Shown piece by piece: positions 1-12,397 of a stretch of DNA of 64,000 nt. The stretch is from Octopus vulgaris. Taxonomy: Eukaryota. The translations under genes and the position numbers were made by a program. The notes under the pieces were generated by a model, which was not told the origin of the DNA, searched no databases, and saw only the letters and a program-made list of their open reading frames with translations. Position 1 is the first letter of the stretch. Every line of letters begins with the position of its first letter. The stretch covers positions 43,710,001-43,774,000 of the forward strand of contig OX597823.1 in assembly GCA_951406725.2 (NCBI GenBank), written 5' to 3'.

Positions 1-250
1 ACAGCATCTTTATCAAATATTATATGGACACTTAAACAGAGGCACGCGTGAAAGACCCCTCCCCCTTATAAACATAAGCATTATAGCTAAGGCCATCAAA
101 TATATGGGAGGGCGTAGTAAATGCAACCTGTGAATGGCGGGAAAATAAAATATTATGACATCAACAATGAACATTTAAAATATTAATAAGAAAATTCTCT
201 ACTTCATGCACCAGAAACAACTCATACATCGAAATTTTAAGCAGGATCTC
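1..250 (+). mobile_element. Penelope-like retroelement, decayed C-terminus of the GIY-YIG endonuclease region
   Basis: Interrupted translation TASLSNIIWTLK...IIAKAIKYMGGRSKCNL*...HQKQLIHRNFK resembles the Penelope C-terminal pattern LSxYIWxLK...AxPYxxGxxxCxLC...CRHxxK; stops and a frameshift are present. Confidence 0.6.
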
Positions 251-893
251 GCCACCCGCTACCACCACTCTGCCACCTCTTCAGTATGGATAAGATTTTG
301 TATATCGATTATATGCACACTATGCTTAATATATACATTATTCATTAAAGACATATTCTCCCATGAACTTATGCTGAATTCCCTAATTACACAGATTTAT
401 ATACATAGTACATATTCATGAGATCACATTGTTCACAAGCAAAATATGTTTGAACTTATGAAGTCATAACCCCATTAAATCAAGTTGGCGTTAAATTTCT
501 GTGAAATCCCATAAATGATTATAGGCACATACACAAAAATGAAAGAAACGTCCCACGATTTATGCTTTTATTTCAAGATCCCGTTCAGTTTCGTGTAAGC
601 TCTAACATGTGGACGAGTAATAACACTTCCATGTGGCACGCTTCAACAATTTTGAAGATCTTCCCATATAAAACCCTGGATTTCCTTGTTAACCACAAAT
701 AAAGAATATAGATGCATATATGTTTATATATTTATATATGTATATTTATATTATATATAGAGAGAGCGAGAGAGGGAGAGATACACACACATTTACATAC
801 ATACATTCATGCATACATACATACATACATACATACATACAAACATACACATAGATAGAGATAGATGTATATATGTATAATATATATATATAT

Positions 894-1021
894 TTAATCA
901 GCCGAAATTACTACGATGATCCGGTGCTTGACTGAAGACTGAGGGTTTCGAATGTCCTGTCCGTGTTTATTGTATCGTCTTCTAGGAGTTATACGTTCTT
1001 GTCCATGTTGTATTTTTCTAC

Positions 1022-1028
<7 letters not shown>
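894..1028 (+). mobile_element. Short pLTR-like repeat fragment inserted in (TA)n
   Basis: Flanked by (TA)n on both sides; begins with CAGCC-GAAA (possible HHR 3' half); shares cctgtccg..tgtatcgtct with 30140-30165. Confidence 0.4.
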
Positions 1029-1077
<49 letters not shown>

Positions 1078-1156
1078 CACACACACACACACATATATAT
1101 ATATGTATATATATATATATAAATATATGCATATATATATATACATATATATATAT

Positions 1157-1192
<36 letters not shown>

Positions 1193-1193
<1 letters not shown>

Positions 1194-1722
1194 CCAGAGT
1201 AAGCATATAAATGCGAGACAAGGTGGGAAAATATCACAAAAACTGTTATTCAGTGTTTCACGTTCCCATTTGTCGGACAGTTTTGTCATATAGCTGCTGG
1301 TGGAGAGTAGAGGTTCGCTCCCCCAGTAAGCAATGTATTATATATAAAGAGTGATGAGTTTGCACCAAAAAGCAGCCGGTGGAGAATCCGCCTGGGGTTA
1401 AACTAGTAGTAACATTCATCTGCCACTTTGATGTGGCTACTCGCTTTACATTAGCACTCTATCTCTTTTTGAGATTTTATAACTAGTTATTTTGCTTGTT
1501 GCAGATCAATGACCGATGGTCACCTTGTTTACAATATATCGCTGGAGGAAGCGGATCTTAGCTGTCACTCCATTGCGCGAGTGCGCGCGGCTGACGTGAG
1601 CCAATACCGCAAACCCAGGTAGTCCCGAGATTCTGTCTGCAGCTGGGGGGGAGTAGGGGTTCGCTCACCCTCCTGGCGATGCATTGTATATAAAGGGTGC
1701 ATGCCTGCACCGAAAACCTGTG

Positions 1723-1723
<1 letters not shown>
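1193..1723 (-). mobile_element. pLTR-like non-autonomous element carrying an HHR motif, inserted in (TA)n
   Basis: Complex sequence bounded by (TA)n on both sides, with an HHR-like motif at 1242-1281. Confidence 0.55.
1242..1281 (-). ncRNA. Type I hammerhead ribozyme motif, degenerate
   Basis: Minus strand ACTGT-CCGACAA-ATG GGAA CGT-GAAA-CACTGAA-TA-ACAGT. Stem I (ACTGT/ACAGT) is perfect and stem II is short; the core deviates from CUGANGA (G8 lost). Confidence 0.6.
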
Positions 1724-1786
<63 letters not shown>

Positions 1787-1787
<1 letters not shown>

Positions 1788-1876
1788 TGTTTCTTTATTA
1801 GCCACACAGGGCTGCACACAGATAGAACAAATTACAAGGTAGATCTTTTCTTTTGAAGGTTTAAAAAAAAAAAAAA

Positions 1877-1907
<31 letters not shown>

Positions 1908-2235
1908 TAAAAAATAAAATAAAATAAAAAAGGGGGGTCGATCAAAAGGGATCGTAAAAGGAGAGAAAGAGGACAAAAAAGGGGGGTTAAAAAAAAGGGG
2001 GAGAGGAAAAAAATTGATCAATAGGGATCGTTATCACAGAAATGTCAATATGAAGTGTAAAGGGGAGGACAGGTGAGGTTTACCCGTGGAAAGAAAAGCC
2101 TACGGAAAAGACCACGGTAACCTCGGTCAATGAAGTCACATGTTATATTTCTTTTTTTTTTTTTTTGCAAATAAGCAACTCTCTGTATTAATTTTTACGG
2201 TTCATAGAATCATAGTCAAGGTGGCTTCGTCATTC

Positions 2236-2236
<1 letters not shown>
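1787..2236 (-). mobile_element. 3' end (last codons plus 3' UTR) of a non-LTR retrotransposon, probably L1/Tx1-like, inserted in (GATA)n
   Basis: Minus strand starts MNDEATLTMIL*, then a U-rich UTR ending ...GCAGCCCTGTGTGGCTAATAAAGAAACATA; (GATA)n lies on both sides. The clade is inferred from architecture only. Confidence 0.5.
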
Positions 2237-2331
<95 letters not shown>

Positions 2332-2461
2332 GTAGGTATGTAGATAGGATAGATAGATAGATAGATATAGACGTGTGGATATGGATATGTATATATATAT
2401 ATGCATGTATGAATGAATAGATGTATAGTTATGCATGTATGTATATGCAGATATATATGTG

Positions 2462-2507
<46 letters not shown>

Positions 2508-4597
2508 TGAAAACATCTTTAAATATGTATGTATGGATGGATGTAAGTATATATTTGTTTATATATATATACACACACTCACACAGACACATTAATATAG
2601 CTGTAAAATACATCTTTTGTGTTTACTCAACGTAAAACTCATGAATAAAACCACATGTAACTATATTTATTTCACACACATCACTCACATCAATCACACA
2701 AAACAGTGAGAATTAAAGTAGTGGTGTGGAGGTAAGAAAACAGTACTACAACTAAGAACAAATAAAGTAATATTCTTTTCATCTTCGGTAGCAAATACTA
2801 CATCACATAGATAGGTGATATTATTGAACAAACAAGCGAGCTCAAAGGATTTAACAGACACCATAATATTAAAAAAATGATTAGTCTAATAAATAGTACG
2901 AAGGTTATTATACAATCCAATTCTCTCAAATAAAATACTAATGAAGCTATAAGTGGGGTTTTATGAAGAACTATGTAAATATCGTAAAAACTACCGCTTA
3001 TGATTTCTTTGTATGCGTGTGGTAATTTATCGACATGTGGTGCGTGTATAAGTATGTTTATATATAGACTTATATATACGTATACAAGTATATATAAAAA
3101 TAAATATATAAAAATATACATACATACTTAAATATATGTATACAATTATACATATAAATACATAAATGCATACATACATACATACATACGTACATACATA
3201 CACACGAATATACAAACGTATATACTTACATACAAATATATATACTTATACATACATACAAAAATATTTTTTTTAAGATTAGAAAAAAGAAATTTTACAG
3301 TGAGACGAGTTTATAGAACATAAAACTTATGATACCATACTTGCAGACAGCCAGTCACCCAATCGGGCAAACGCATAAACACATAAATATACACATACAA
3401 ACACGCGTGAACAGATACACACGCAAACCATACGCAAAGGAACACACATACGCACACAAATAATTAACGTGAAACCAGTGACTTTTTTTTGTGATATTCT
3501 ATTACAAAGTATCACCGCAACAGGTTTGTTATTCATATCACTTAGCGTTGAAAGCTTTGCCATACAAAATGCAATATTGCATATTCGTATCAATATTCCA
3601 TTCTAAAACACATGCAATCATTATACATTAAACAACTATGCATCATCGACAACATTCAATACATTGATAAACAGACAACCCTCTAATTGCCATTTCATTT
3701 TCCAATCACACACACCCACCACTGGGCAAAAGAGTCAGCAAAATTCTCTTCGTTCTTTTTTCTTTTATCCCGATTGCTTATCAAATCAGTGAGGGGAAGA
3801 GCATAGTTTCGAGCTTTCTAACAAGCAAAATGAAACGAATAAATTATCGAAAAGAATCGTATTCCGTTTTAATATATTATTATTCTCTTTTCATTTAAAG
3901 CTCGCTCCTTGTTACCACTACTAATATCTTTTATAAAGGAAGTTTTTCCTTTGTATATATTTTGTTTTTCGTTTTTTGTTTGTTTTTCTTTAGTTATATT
4001 GGTTTGTTCCGGTGTTTGTTCGCCTGTTTTTTTCCCTAAAAACGCAACTGCATTTGTTGTAGCAGGTATTTTAAAATCCCTAATTCAAACGGCTTCTAGG
4101 CATACTACAAAGAGGTGTCCTTTTCTCGTTGCTTTCAATTTCATTTCCAAAAAGACAAATTTGGCACGCGTCAACTTTCATTATTTCTTTTCTTCTATCT
4201 CGATCCTCAAAGCATTAAACACAATGAGAATTGTTTTTTTTTTTTACTTTGATCAAAAGAAAAAAAGAAACATCGTTTCTGTTTGAAACAAAAGCGTGAA
4301 AGAGAACCTACACGAATATAAACTTGGTGTGTTTTATCGCAGTATGCAAAAACAATCCGCCCTCTATTGTTTTCTTCAAACGTTAAGTGAAGTTCAAGAT
4401 TTGATAAGATCGAATTATTGTGGACGGAAATCTTTAGAGTCTGCTTTATGAAATGGCAAAATGAATATCTTCACCAATCATGTGGTAACGTGACTAGCAA
4501 TGGGATGCTGTTGATTGATCCGAGCCAGTTTTCCTACATAGGAAGAAAGAAAAAAGCGAGCATACATACAAACGTATGTATATATAAGTGTATATAT

Positions 4598-4662
<65 letters not shown>

Positions 4663-4821
4663 CCTATATGTATATACCTATATATGTATATATTTTTATA
4701 TATATATATATATGTAGATATATATATATACGTATATATATATATATATATACATATACACACACAGACATATATATGTATATATACATATATATATACA
4801 TACAGCCACCATGTATGTATG

Positions 4822-4852
<31 letters not shown>

Positions 4853-5412
4853 GCGAGGTTATGTGTAAAACGATAAGTGGTGAGAGACAGCGTAAAGAGT
4901 ATCAGTGAGATGGAGTAATATATACAATAAAGAAAAAAAGTGGGGACATTAGTATCATCTCTGAGTATGATTTACGTGTTCTGAAGGAGAACATACTGTT
5001 TCCGGTCTATATTTAAGTTGCGAATTATTTAATTGAATCTACCAATCCCACTTTTCTAATTGAACCGTTTCTATATCAACCAATTTCATAACTGATAATC
5101 AATAAAATTCACTCAAATTACATCACTTAACATTACTATTTTTAAAAATCACTATTTCTGTCAGAGTTGATTGCTCTAGAAGCAGCAGTTTTATATGTGT
5201 GTATGAGTGTTTCGGTGTTTTGTGTATGTGCGTGTGTAATGTGTATGCGTGAAACTTATGTACAGGTACGTGCGTACCTAGGAGATTATGCTTCTATGTA
5301 TGTATATATGAATGTATGTATGTAATTAACATGACGTTGACGGGTGTCCTTGAGCGTATTTCTGAATTGTACATGTGCGTACCTGTCTTCCAAACAAGAG
5401 TACATGCGAATA

Positions 5413-5416
<4 letters not shown>

Positions 5417-5504
<88 letters not shown>

Positions 5505-5627
5505 TATATACATATACATATATATATACATATATATATATGCATATACATACAGTGAATGAGAGAAATAAATACATAGGGAAATGGATAGATAGATAGA
5601 TAGATATAGATATATATATACATATAT

Positions 5628-5680
<53 letters not shown>
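5417..5680. repeat. (TA)n-dominated microsatellite, representative of dozens of TA/CA/TACA/GATA/AAT/AGT/GAA tracts across the window
   Basis: Directly visible. Other long tracts include 2237-2330 GATA, 7625-7710 TACA, 31850-31925 AGT, 33600-33790 ATT, 52963-53050 AAT and 53307-53427 GAA. Confidence 0.98.
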
Positions 5681-5683
<3 letters not shown>

Positions 5684-5845
5684 CCCCAGCATGGCCACAG
5701 CTCATAAGCTGAAACTGGAATCAATCAATCATATATATATACATATATATAACGGGAAGGTTTACGAAAATAAACAAAAGACGAAGGCAGGTGGAGTACA
5801 AACAAAGGTATTAGTATGGCGCTCAGGAATAGAAATAGAACAAGC

Positions 5846-5881
5846 CTTTTACGTTTCGAGCCTACGCTCTTCGACAGAAAG
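5846..5881 (-). ncRNA. Minimal type I hammerhead ribozyme motif in a pLTR fragment (~5750-5910)
   Basis: Minus strand CTTT-CTGTCGA-A-GAGC GTAG GCTC-GAAA-CG-TA-AAAG: stem I CTTT/AAAG, stem II GAGC/GCTC, palindromic ACGT stem III, GUA site; A6 is changed to U. Confidence 0.7.
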
Positions 5882-6082
5882 ATAGACAGAAAAGAAAAAA
5901 AAAGGAAAGTAGAAATACGAGGTAAAGGGAGAAAGACAGAGACAGAGAGACATAGGGAGTAAGTAATAAACTAAAACTGAAAAGTTGCTTGACTGAAACA
6001 AGGAACACTAGAATGGTGTAAAGAAAGAGCTTGAAAAGTTTATAGAAAGAAAATGATATTTCTTTCTCCTACCATACATTTC

Positions 6083-6387
6083 GTGGAGGCGCAATGGCCT
6101 AGTGGTTAGGGCAGCGGACTCGCGGTCGCAGGATCGCGGTTTCGATTCCCAGACCGGGCGTTGTGAGTGTTTATTGAGCGAAAACACCTAAAAGCTCCAC
6201 GAGGCTCCGGCAGGGGGTGGTGATCCCTGCTGTACTCTTTCACCACTCTTTCTCCCACTCTTTCTTCTGTTGGCCTGCTCGCTTAGCCAGCGGGGTGGCG
6301 TCATTCGAAGGCTAAAACAATGCGAATGCATTGTGACCAGCGATGTGTAACAACATCTGATGGCCTGGTCGGTCACGTGATCACGTG
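6083..6387 (+). mobile_element. Full-length tRNA-derived SINE (octopus OR-like type)
   Basis: A box TGGCCTAGTGG and B box GTTTCGATTCC in a tRNA-like head, tail ending TCACGTGATCACGTG, and a 12-bp target-site duplication ACCATACATTTC at 6071-6082 and 6388-6399. Confidence 0.9.
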
Positions 6388-7033
6388 ACCATACATTTCA
6401 TATAAATTACTCCTAACATAAACCAGAAAAAATAAAACAAATCATGATGACTAATTTCTGGAGTTTATTCATTGTTTATCTTTGTCATTTTATCTTCCAT
6501 ATTCTTTCTATATTTTCTTGATATTTCTTTAAACGTTTAGTTACATTTTTTTCTATCATTTGTTATATTAATTATTCTAATTTGTATTTTTTTAGGCTAT
6601 ACTTAAAAATGAAAATATTGTTTTTGAAGTGATATTTTCTGCATTTTAAATATGACAATTTTTGAAACCATTTCTTTTTTCTCTCTCTCTTTTCCCCACC
6701 TCTTTCTCACCCTCTTTCTCTCTTTCCCTCCCTCTTTTTCGTTGAAGTTCTGCAAATATAGCGTATAATGTGGCGTAGGTTTTTGGTCGTGCAGACATTT
6801 TTTAATTTGCTTTTTTTCGTATAGGTTTTTTTCCTTTCACTATACTTTTCTTTTGTGTTATTTTTTCAATAAAAAATGTATTGTTAAGAATATATATAGA
6901 CATACAAGTGTGTAGAATCTAATCCCCAGGTACAGACTAGCCAACTTTGTGTAAATGATGTTAACAATTACAAAACACTCTTTACACATACCAACTGTGT
7001 GTTTGTGTGTGTCTATGCATATATGTATATATG

Positions 7034-7085
<52 letters not shown>

Positions 7086-7265
7086 GTATGTATGTATATA
7101 TGTAAGTATATATATATATGTATGTATGTTTGTATCAATGAATGTATATACGTAAATATGTATTATGTGTGTATGTATGTACGTGGATATATAAGTAGAT
7201 GGATAATTGTGTATATAGGTTTGTATGTATGTATGTATATATACACGCGCACACATACACACAAA

Positions 7266-7348
<83 letters not shown>

Positions 7349-8082
7349 GTATGTATGTATGTATGTATGTAAGCGTATATATATATTTCGGGTGGCAACG
7401 CTAAGCAGTGATGTGTGTGTGTGAGTACGCCTGTATTGTAAGTATGTGGATATGTAGTTAGTTATACGTGTATCTTCACTTGAACATATAAATATATGCG
7501 TATACACGCACACTCACACACACATATATATATATATATACCTCTATGTTGACATATATATATATATATATATACACATAGGTGTACATAGGCATATACA
7601 TGCATACATACATGCATACATTCATACATACATACATACATACATACATACATACATACATACATACATACATACATACATACATACATACATACATACA
7701 TACATACATAGAGATATATGTATATGTGTGTGTCTAATGATTTCAACGACTTTACTTACTGGAAATATGCCAAACTTGTGTAGGAAGTAGGTGTATTTGC
7801 GAGGTGGATGCAGCATTTGGGGTATTTAAAATCAGTCCGACACGTCACCGTCACTACCTTTCCTCCATCTCTCCATTGTTGTCATAATTTATTACATGTT
7901 AGAAAACCACCATTTGTATATAAGAGACATGGCCAGTTGATTTGTGTTATTTTGCCGTCTTAAAAAGAGATGAACAAAATGCTAAAAGAAAGGGCCAATC
8001 TAAAAACTGCAATAGGGCCAAATCCGAGGCCCCAACTAATCTATTATCTCGCGCTAATTTTCAAAATAATAATTATTCATAT

Positions 8083-8425
8083 TAAGGCGATGAGCTGGCA
8101 GAATCATTAGCTTGCCGGATAAAATGCTTCGCAGCATTTCGTTCCTCTTTACGTTCTGAGTTCAAATTCCACCGAGATCGACATTGTCTTTCAACCATGC
8201 GGAGTTCATAAAATAAGTACCATTTGAGGACTGAGATCGATGCAGTTAACTACCCCTTCCCCCAAAATTTCAGGCCTTGTGCCTATAGTTGAAAAGATCC
8301 ATTCTGGATCGATAAAATAAGTCGATAAAATAAGTACTAGTCAAGCGATGGAGTCGATGTAATCAATTTACCATCTTCCCCCAAGATTTCTGGTCTTGTG
8401 CCGAAATTTGAAAGCAATAGTTTTT
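8083..8425 (+). mobile_element. SINE with MetaSINE-like central domain and duplicated tail
   Basis: Head AAGGCGATGAGCTGGCAGAATC, B-box-like GAGTTCAAATTCC and core GATCGAC..TCTTTCAACC..ATAAAATAAGTACC; same family as 16443 and 17610-18965. Confidence 0.8.
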
Positions 8426-8993
8426 CATATCATTTCAACAACTTTACAAGAAATAGGTGACAGAAATTTTGTAGTTTACTTTTTTATTTTGTTTCTTTGT
8501 AGCCTTGTGAGGAAAACTCTTCCGAAACAAGTGGCTGTTAGGCAAGGATTAAAGTATCTTCACAAACCTGGAATTTCTAAGGCCTCACGCCATTGCTACT
8601 TAGTCGTTGAACGTACACTAGGTTTATAGATACATGTTTGTTTCTCTTCTGCTTTTAATTATTTACACTTTTCCTCTAAAGAGGAAGCTGGTATGTATGT
8701 ATGTATGCATGTATGTATGTATGTAAGTATGTATGTATGTATGTATGTATGTATGTATGTATGTATGTATGTATGTATGTATGCACAACACACTCTCATA
8801 CTTGTGAATATAAAGACATATATATATAATTTATTTAGGCAGCAATAAACAAATGTGTACCATCAAGGAGAACGTGAACTATATATGCATATATAAAATT
8901 ATGTGCTTTTTGACTGTAGCATTTGAGCGTTTATTTCTTATTCCTAGTAATGTAGGTGTTTATAACACCTTCAGTCATATTTAATGACGGTTA

Positions 8994-9529
8994 TATTGGG
9001 TTTTCCGGAAAGTTCGTAGCTTACTTTTCGACTAACTTTAGAACATGGTTGAGTCCATAAAATAGCATTTGACTACACCTCCATTTAGAGCACAGTTCAA
9101 GCTATCTTTCCTATAAACTGTGTTAATTCTGTAACCCTTTAAAATGGAAGATAAAAAAGTTCATTTTCGGCACTTGATGCTTTGGAAACCAGACAAAAAT
9201 TACTGCAGCTCGGCTGGGATGTGTTACCCCACCCTCTATATTCACCAGATGTTGCTCCTTCGGATTTCCACTTATTCAGGTCTCTGCAGAGTAGGCTTTA
9301 GGATAAAAATTTAAATTCCTTGGATGACGTAAAAAGATACCTTGATGAATTATTTGCCATAAAACCTCCTCAATTCTGGAAAGAGGGTATTTTCAAGTTA
9401 AAGGGAAGATGGAGACTCATTGTGCACAAAAAATGGTTCATATTTCGTTGATTAAAAATGTAATGGGAAGTATTTATTGACCTTTTTCTTGCCTTTAAAA
9501 ATCGGCACGAACTTTCCGGACAACTGATA
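8994..9529 (+). mobile_element. Internally deleted mariner transposon (mellifera-like subfamily)
   Basis: TIRs TATTGGGTTTTCCGGAAAGTTCGT / ACGAACTTTCCGGACAACTGATA with TA on both sides. N-terminus MEDKKVHFRHLMLW is joined out of frame to C-terminus TRQKLLQLGWDVLPHPLYSPDVAPSDFHLFRSL...FWKEGIFKL (YSPDLAPSD motif). Confidence 0.92.
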
Positions 9530-9549
9530 TAGCATATATATATATATAT

Positions 9550-9669
9550 AATCAAAATAAGCAACAAGGATATCCAGAGGTAATGCAGTACGATCGTTTC
9601 ATGCGACTCCATTTAATTGAAACGATCGTACTGCATTACCTCTGGATATCCTTGTTGCTTATTTTGATT
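9550..9669. repeat. Perfect 52-bp inverted repeat with a 16-nt loop; each arm holds an HHR 3' half
   Basis: 9550-9601 is the exact reverse complement of 9618-9669; each arm contains GAAA-CGATCG-TA-CTGC. Confidence 0.95.
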
Positions 9670-9750
9670 TAAATCACCTTACTTTGATATTGTATGGATA
9701 ATACCGTACTAAATTCTGGTGCCTCCACGTAAGTACCATATTAGTCTGTG

Positions 9751-9794
<44 letters not shown>

Positions 9795-10065
9795 TATAGA
9801 TATAGATATATATAGATATAGATATATATATAGATATAGATATAGATATATATATATATGTATTTTTTAATAAGTGCTGTTGGTCGGTAAATGTCTAAAA
9901 CATTAAAGTATTTAGACATTTAATAAGAGCGATTATATATTATATTATAAAATAAATGCAGGAAAATTACATCACAGAAGATATAAGTCCAAAATAATAT
10001 TTTATTAATAGATAGATGTATAAATATATATAGTATGATTATTTAAAATGTTGAAAAGTTTAAAA

Positions 10066-10137
10066 TGTCTTACGATCGTGAAATGGAATATAAATTTGTT
10101 AATTATTATTAGGTAATACATCCATTCGTCAGAGATA
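10066..10137 (-). ncRNA. Hammerhead ribozyme remnant, GAAA deleted
   Basis: TATCT-CTGACGA-...-ACGATCG-TA-AGACA; about 20 nt including most of GAAA are missing relative to the copy at 12305. Confidence 0.7.
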
Positions 10138-10689
10138 AAGAGGGTGAATTTCCGTGTAGTCAATCGAATGCTATTTTAAAATATATGCAAAAGATGTTTA
10201 AAAATGTTGTTTAAAAGTTACTGCCGTAAATATGCGATTGTACAATCTTGTACTAAAAATTTTGAAGGAAAAATATACATCCGTGGTTAAATCCTCAGCG
10301 GTCATCCATAATGGCTGTGTAATATAAATCTCATAATTCAATTCTCTTCGATATGTGATCCATAAATGCGAAAAATATAAGTAATTAAATTTTTGCCTTT
10401 TATAGTTGTAAATACATAAAACTGGAAGATGTCATTGTTATATTTTATGCAAATGTAATAATCAGTTTGTTGTACATTAGAAGTGTACGGGTTTAAATTT
10501 CAGGAAGACCTTTCTAGCGTTCATCCAATGGAGAATGTATGATATGTGAATATGTGTATACTCAAAATACTTCAAATTTAATTTTCTTTTTTCTTACTTG
10601 TAATCATCCCACTATTATCATGATACCACTATATGAAAAATAGGAAAATAAGAAAAATAAAATATCAGTGTGAAACTTTACTTGATCTC

Positions 10690-12110
10690 TTAAAGTTTAA
10701 AAAATTTTATAAAATCTATGTCTACATGTGGATAATGCTTCCGATTGGCAATTAATTAAATTATTCTGTTTATATAATAATGTGTATAGCGATTCCTTTG
10801 TACAAAGTCGACAGATAGAAGATTTATGTTTATATGGTGTAGCAAAGTCAATGACTGATCAGGATAATTTATAGTTAACTTTTTGTTTGAGTTAATGTAT
10901 ATATGTAGCCAATGAAGTTAATGTTACTCGTTATATTCGGTTTAAATGAATGTATGAGTGCTAAAAGATTATGCTTAAAGTTAACAGAGCTCCCTATATA
11001 TACCATACTATGTGAGTTATCGGTTTTTGTAACAATGCATTTATAAATCATGTTGAACCTTTTACATTTGCCTCCTACAGGACATGATTTTTTTATTTTT
11101 ACATGTGCAATATTTAGTTGTATATTTCTGTTCTGTGGTATAATCTTTAATACTATTATTATTATTTGTTATAGTGCGTGGTATTATATTTGAATTTGTT
11201 GTGGAATCATTTATAATAGAATTAGGTGTATTTACTGTTTGTAAGTTATTATTGTTACTAGATTGTGTTATTGGATTATCCAAAACATATCGCATATTTT
11301 GAGATGTATGATTATTGGAATTTTGCTGAGATTTCGTTACTGTTATAGTATTACTATGTGTTCTCGTAATGATATCCATTGAACAAGTATTATGTTGAGT
11401 ATTATTTTGTGATCTAGGACTGTTGTCTATTTCATTACTAGTATTATTGTTGTTATTATTTCTTAAACTATTATTACATTTATTAAGTTTTCGTCTTTTA
11501 GAGCTGACGATAATTGATCCGATATTCGGCAGTGTAGAAAAAGATATTTTGATTGTTGATCTATTAAATATATGGTGATACTTATGATTATTAGGAAAGT
11601 TATTTTTTACTTTGTTTAGAAATTTTTTTATTAACCTTTTAAAATTTATTGAAAATAGGGGTGTGTACCAAATAATTTCCTTATTTCTCCTCCTACTTGG
11701 TATTGTATAATAGTTATATACTGATTTTGGAATTTGCATAGTATGCCCAAAGTGTTTTTTTTTTTGTTATTGCTATATTTGGTTCTATGTCTACCATACA
11801 ATTTTCCACGTTTTTGTCATGTTTTACAGAGGTTTCATCTTTTTGTATTGAGTGAAAATATTTGTTATAGGTAAGGTTATTCGCATTTCTTAGTTTAGTA
11901 TTACGTATACTTTGGTTTAGTTCCATTTGTGCTATATAAATCTTAAGTTTAATATCTTTTATATATTTAATATTTTGTTTAAATCCACTTGCAGCTAAAG
12001 CTTGATTATAATAGTTTGCGTGATTATTAAATATTTCTTCATTATAGGATAGATCTGAGATTCTAATAAATATAATGCTATAAAGTAATACTGTTTATAA
12101 TGCTATTAAG
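10690..12110 (-). pseudogene. Penelope RT-thumb/linker/GIY-YIG coding remnant (includes ORF 11062..11739)
   Basis: Same motifs as the element above, broken by frameshifts and stops; Asn/Thr-rich low-complexity expansions in the linker. Confidence 0.88.
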
Positions 12111-12304
12111 TAATGATATATCATTGTTAGAATGAATGTTTATATATTTGAGATATTCATTAGGTTTATTTTTCCTTCAAAATTTTTAGCGCAAGATTGT
12201 ACAAACGCATATCTACGAAAGTAACTTTTAAACAATATTTTTAAACATCTTTTACATATATTTTTAAATAGCATTCGATTGACTATACGGAAATTCACTC
12301 TCTT

Positions 12305-12397
12305 TATCTCTGACGAGTAAATGCGTTACCTTATAATGATTATCAAATTTATATTCCATTTCTAAGGGTAATACAATCACGAAACGATCGTAAGATA
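12305..12397 (+). ncRNA. Intact type I hammerhead ribozyme with a long stem II
   Basis: TATCT-CTGACGA-[GT..GTTACCTTA..TAAGGGTAAT..AC]-GAAA-CGATCG-TA-AGATA: perfect 5-bp stem I, G10.1-C11.1 pair, palindromic stem III, predicted cleavage after A12392. Confidence 0.85.

Noticed and set aside
6085-6160. tRNA-like sequence
   Set aside because: It is the head of a TSD-flanked SINE and has no proper acceptor stem.
894-7816. Many [16 protein letters not shown] ORFs here and throughout the window
   Set aside because: These are pure microsatellite read-through.
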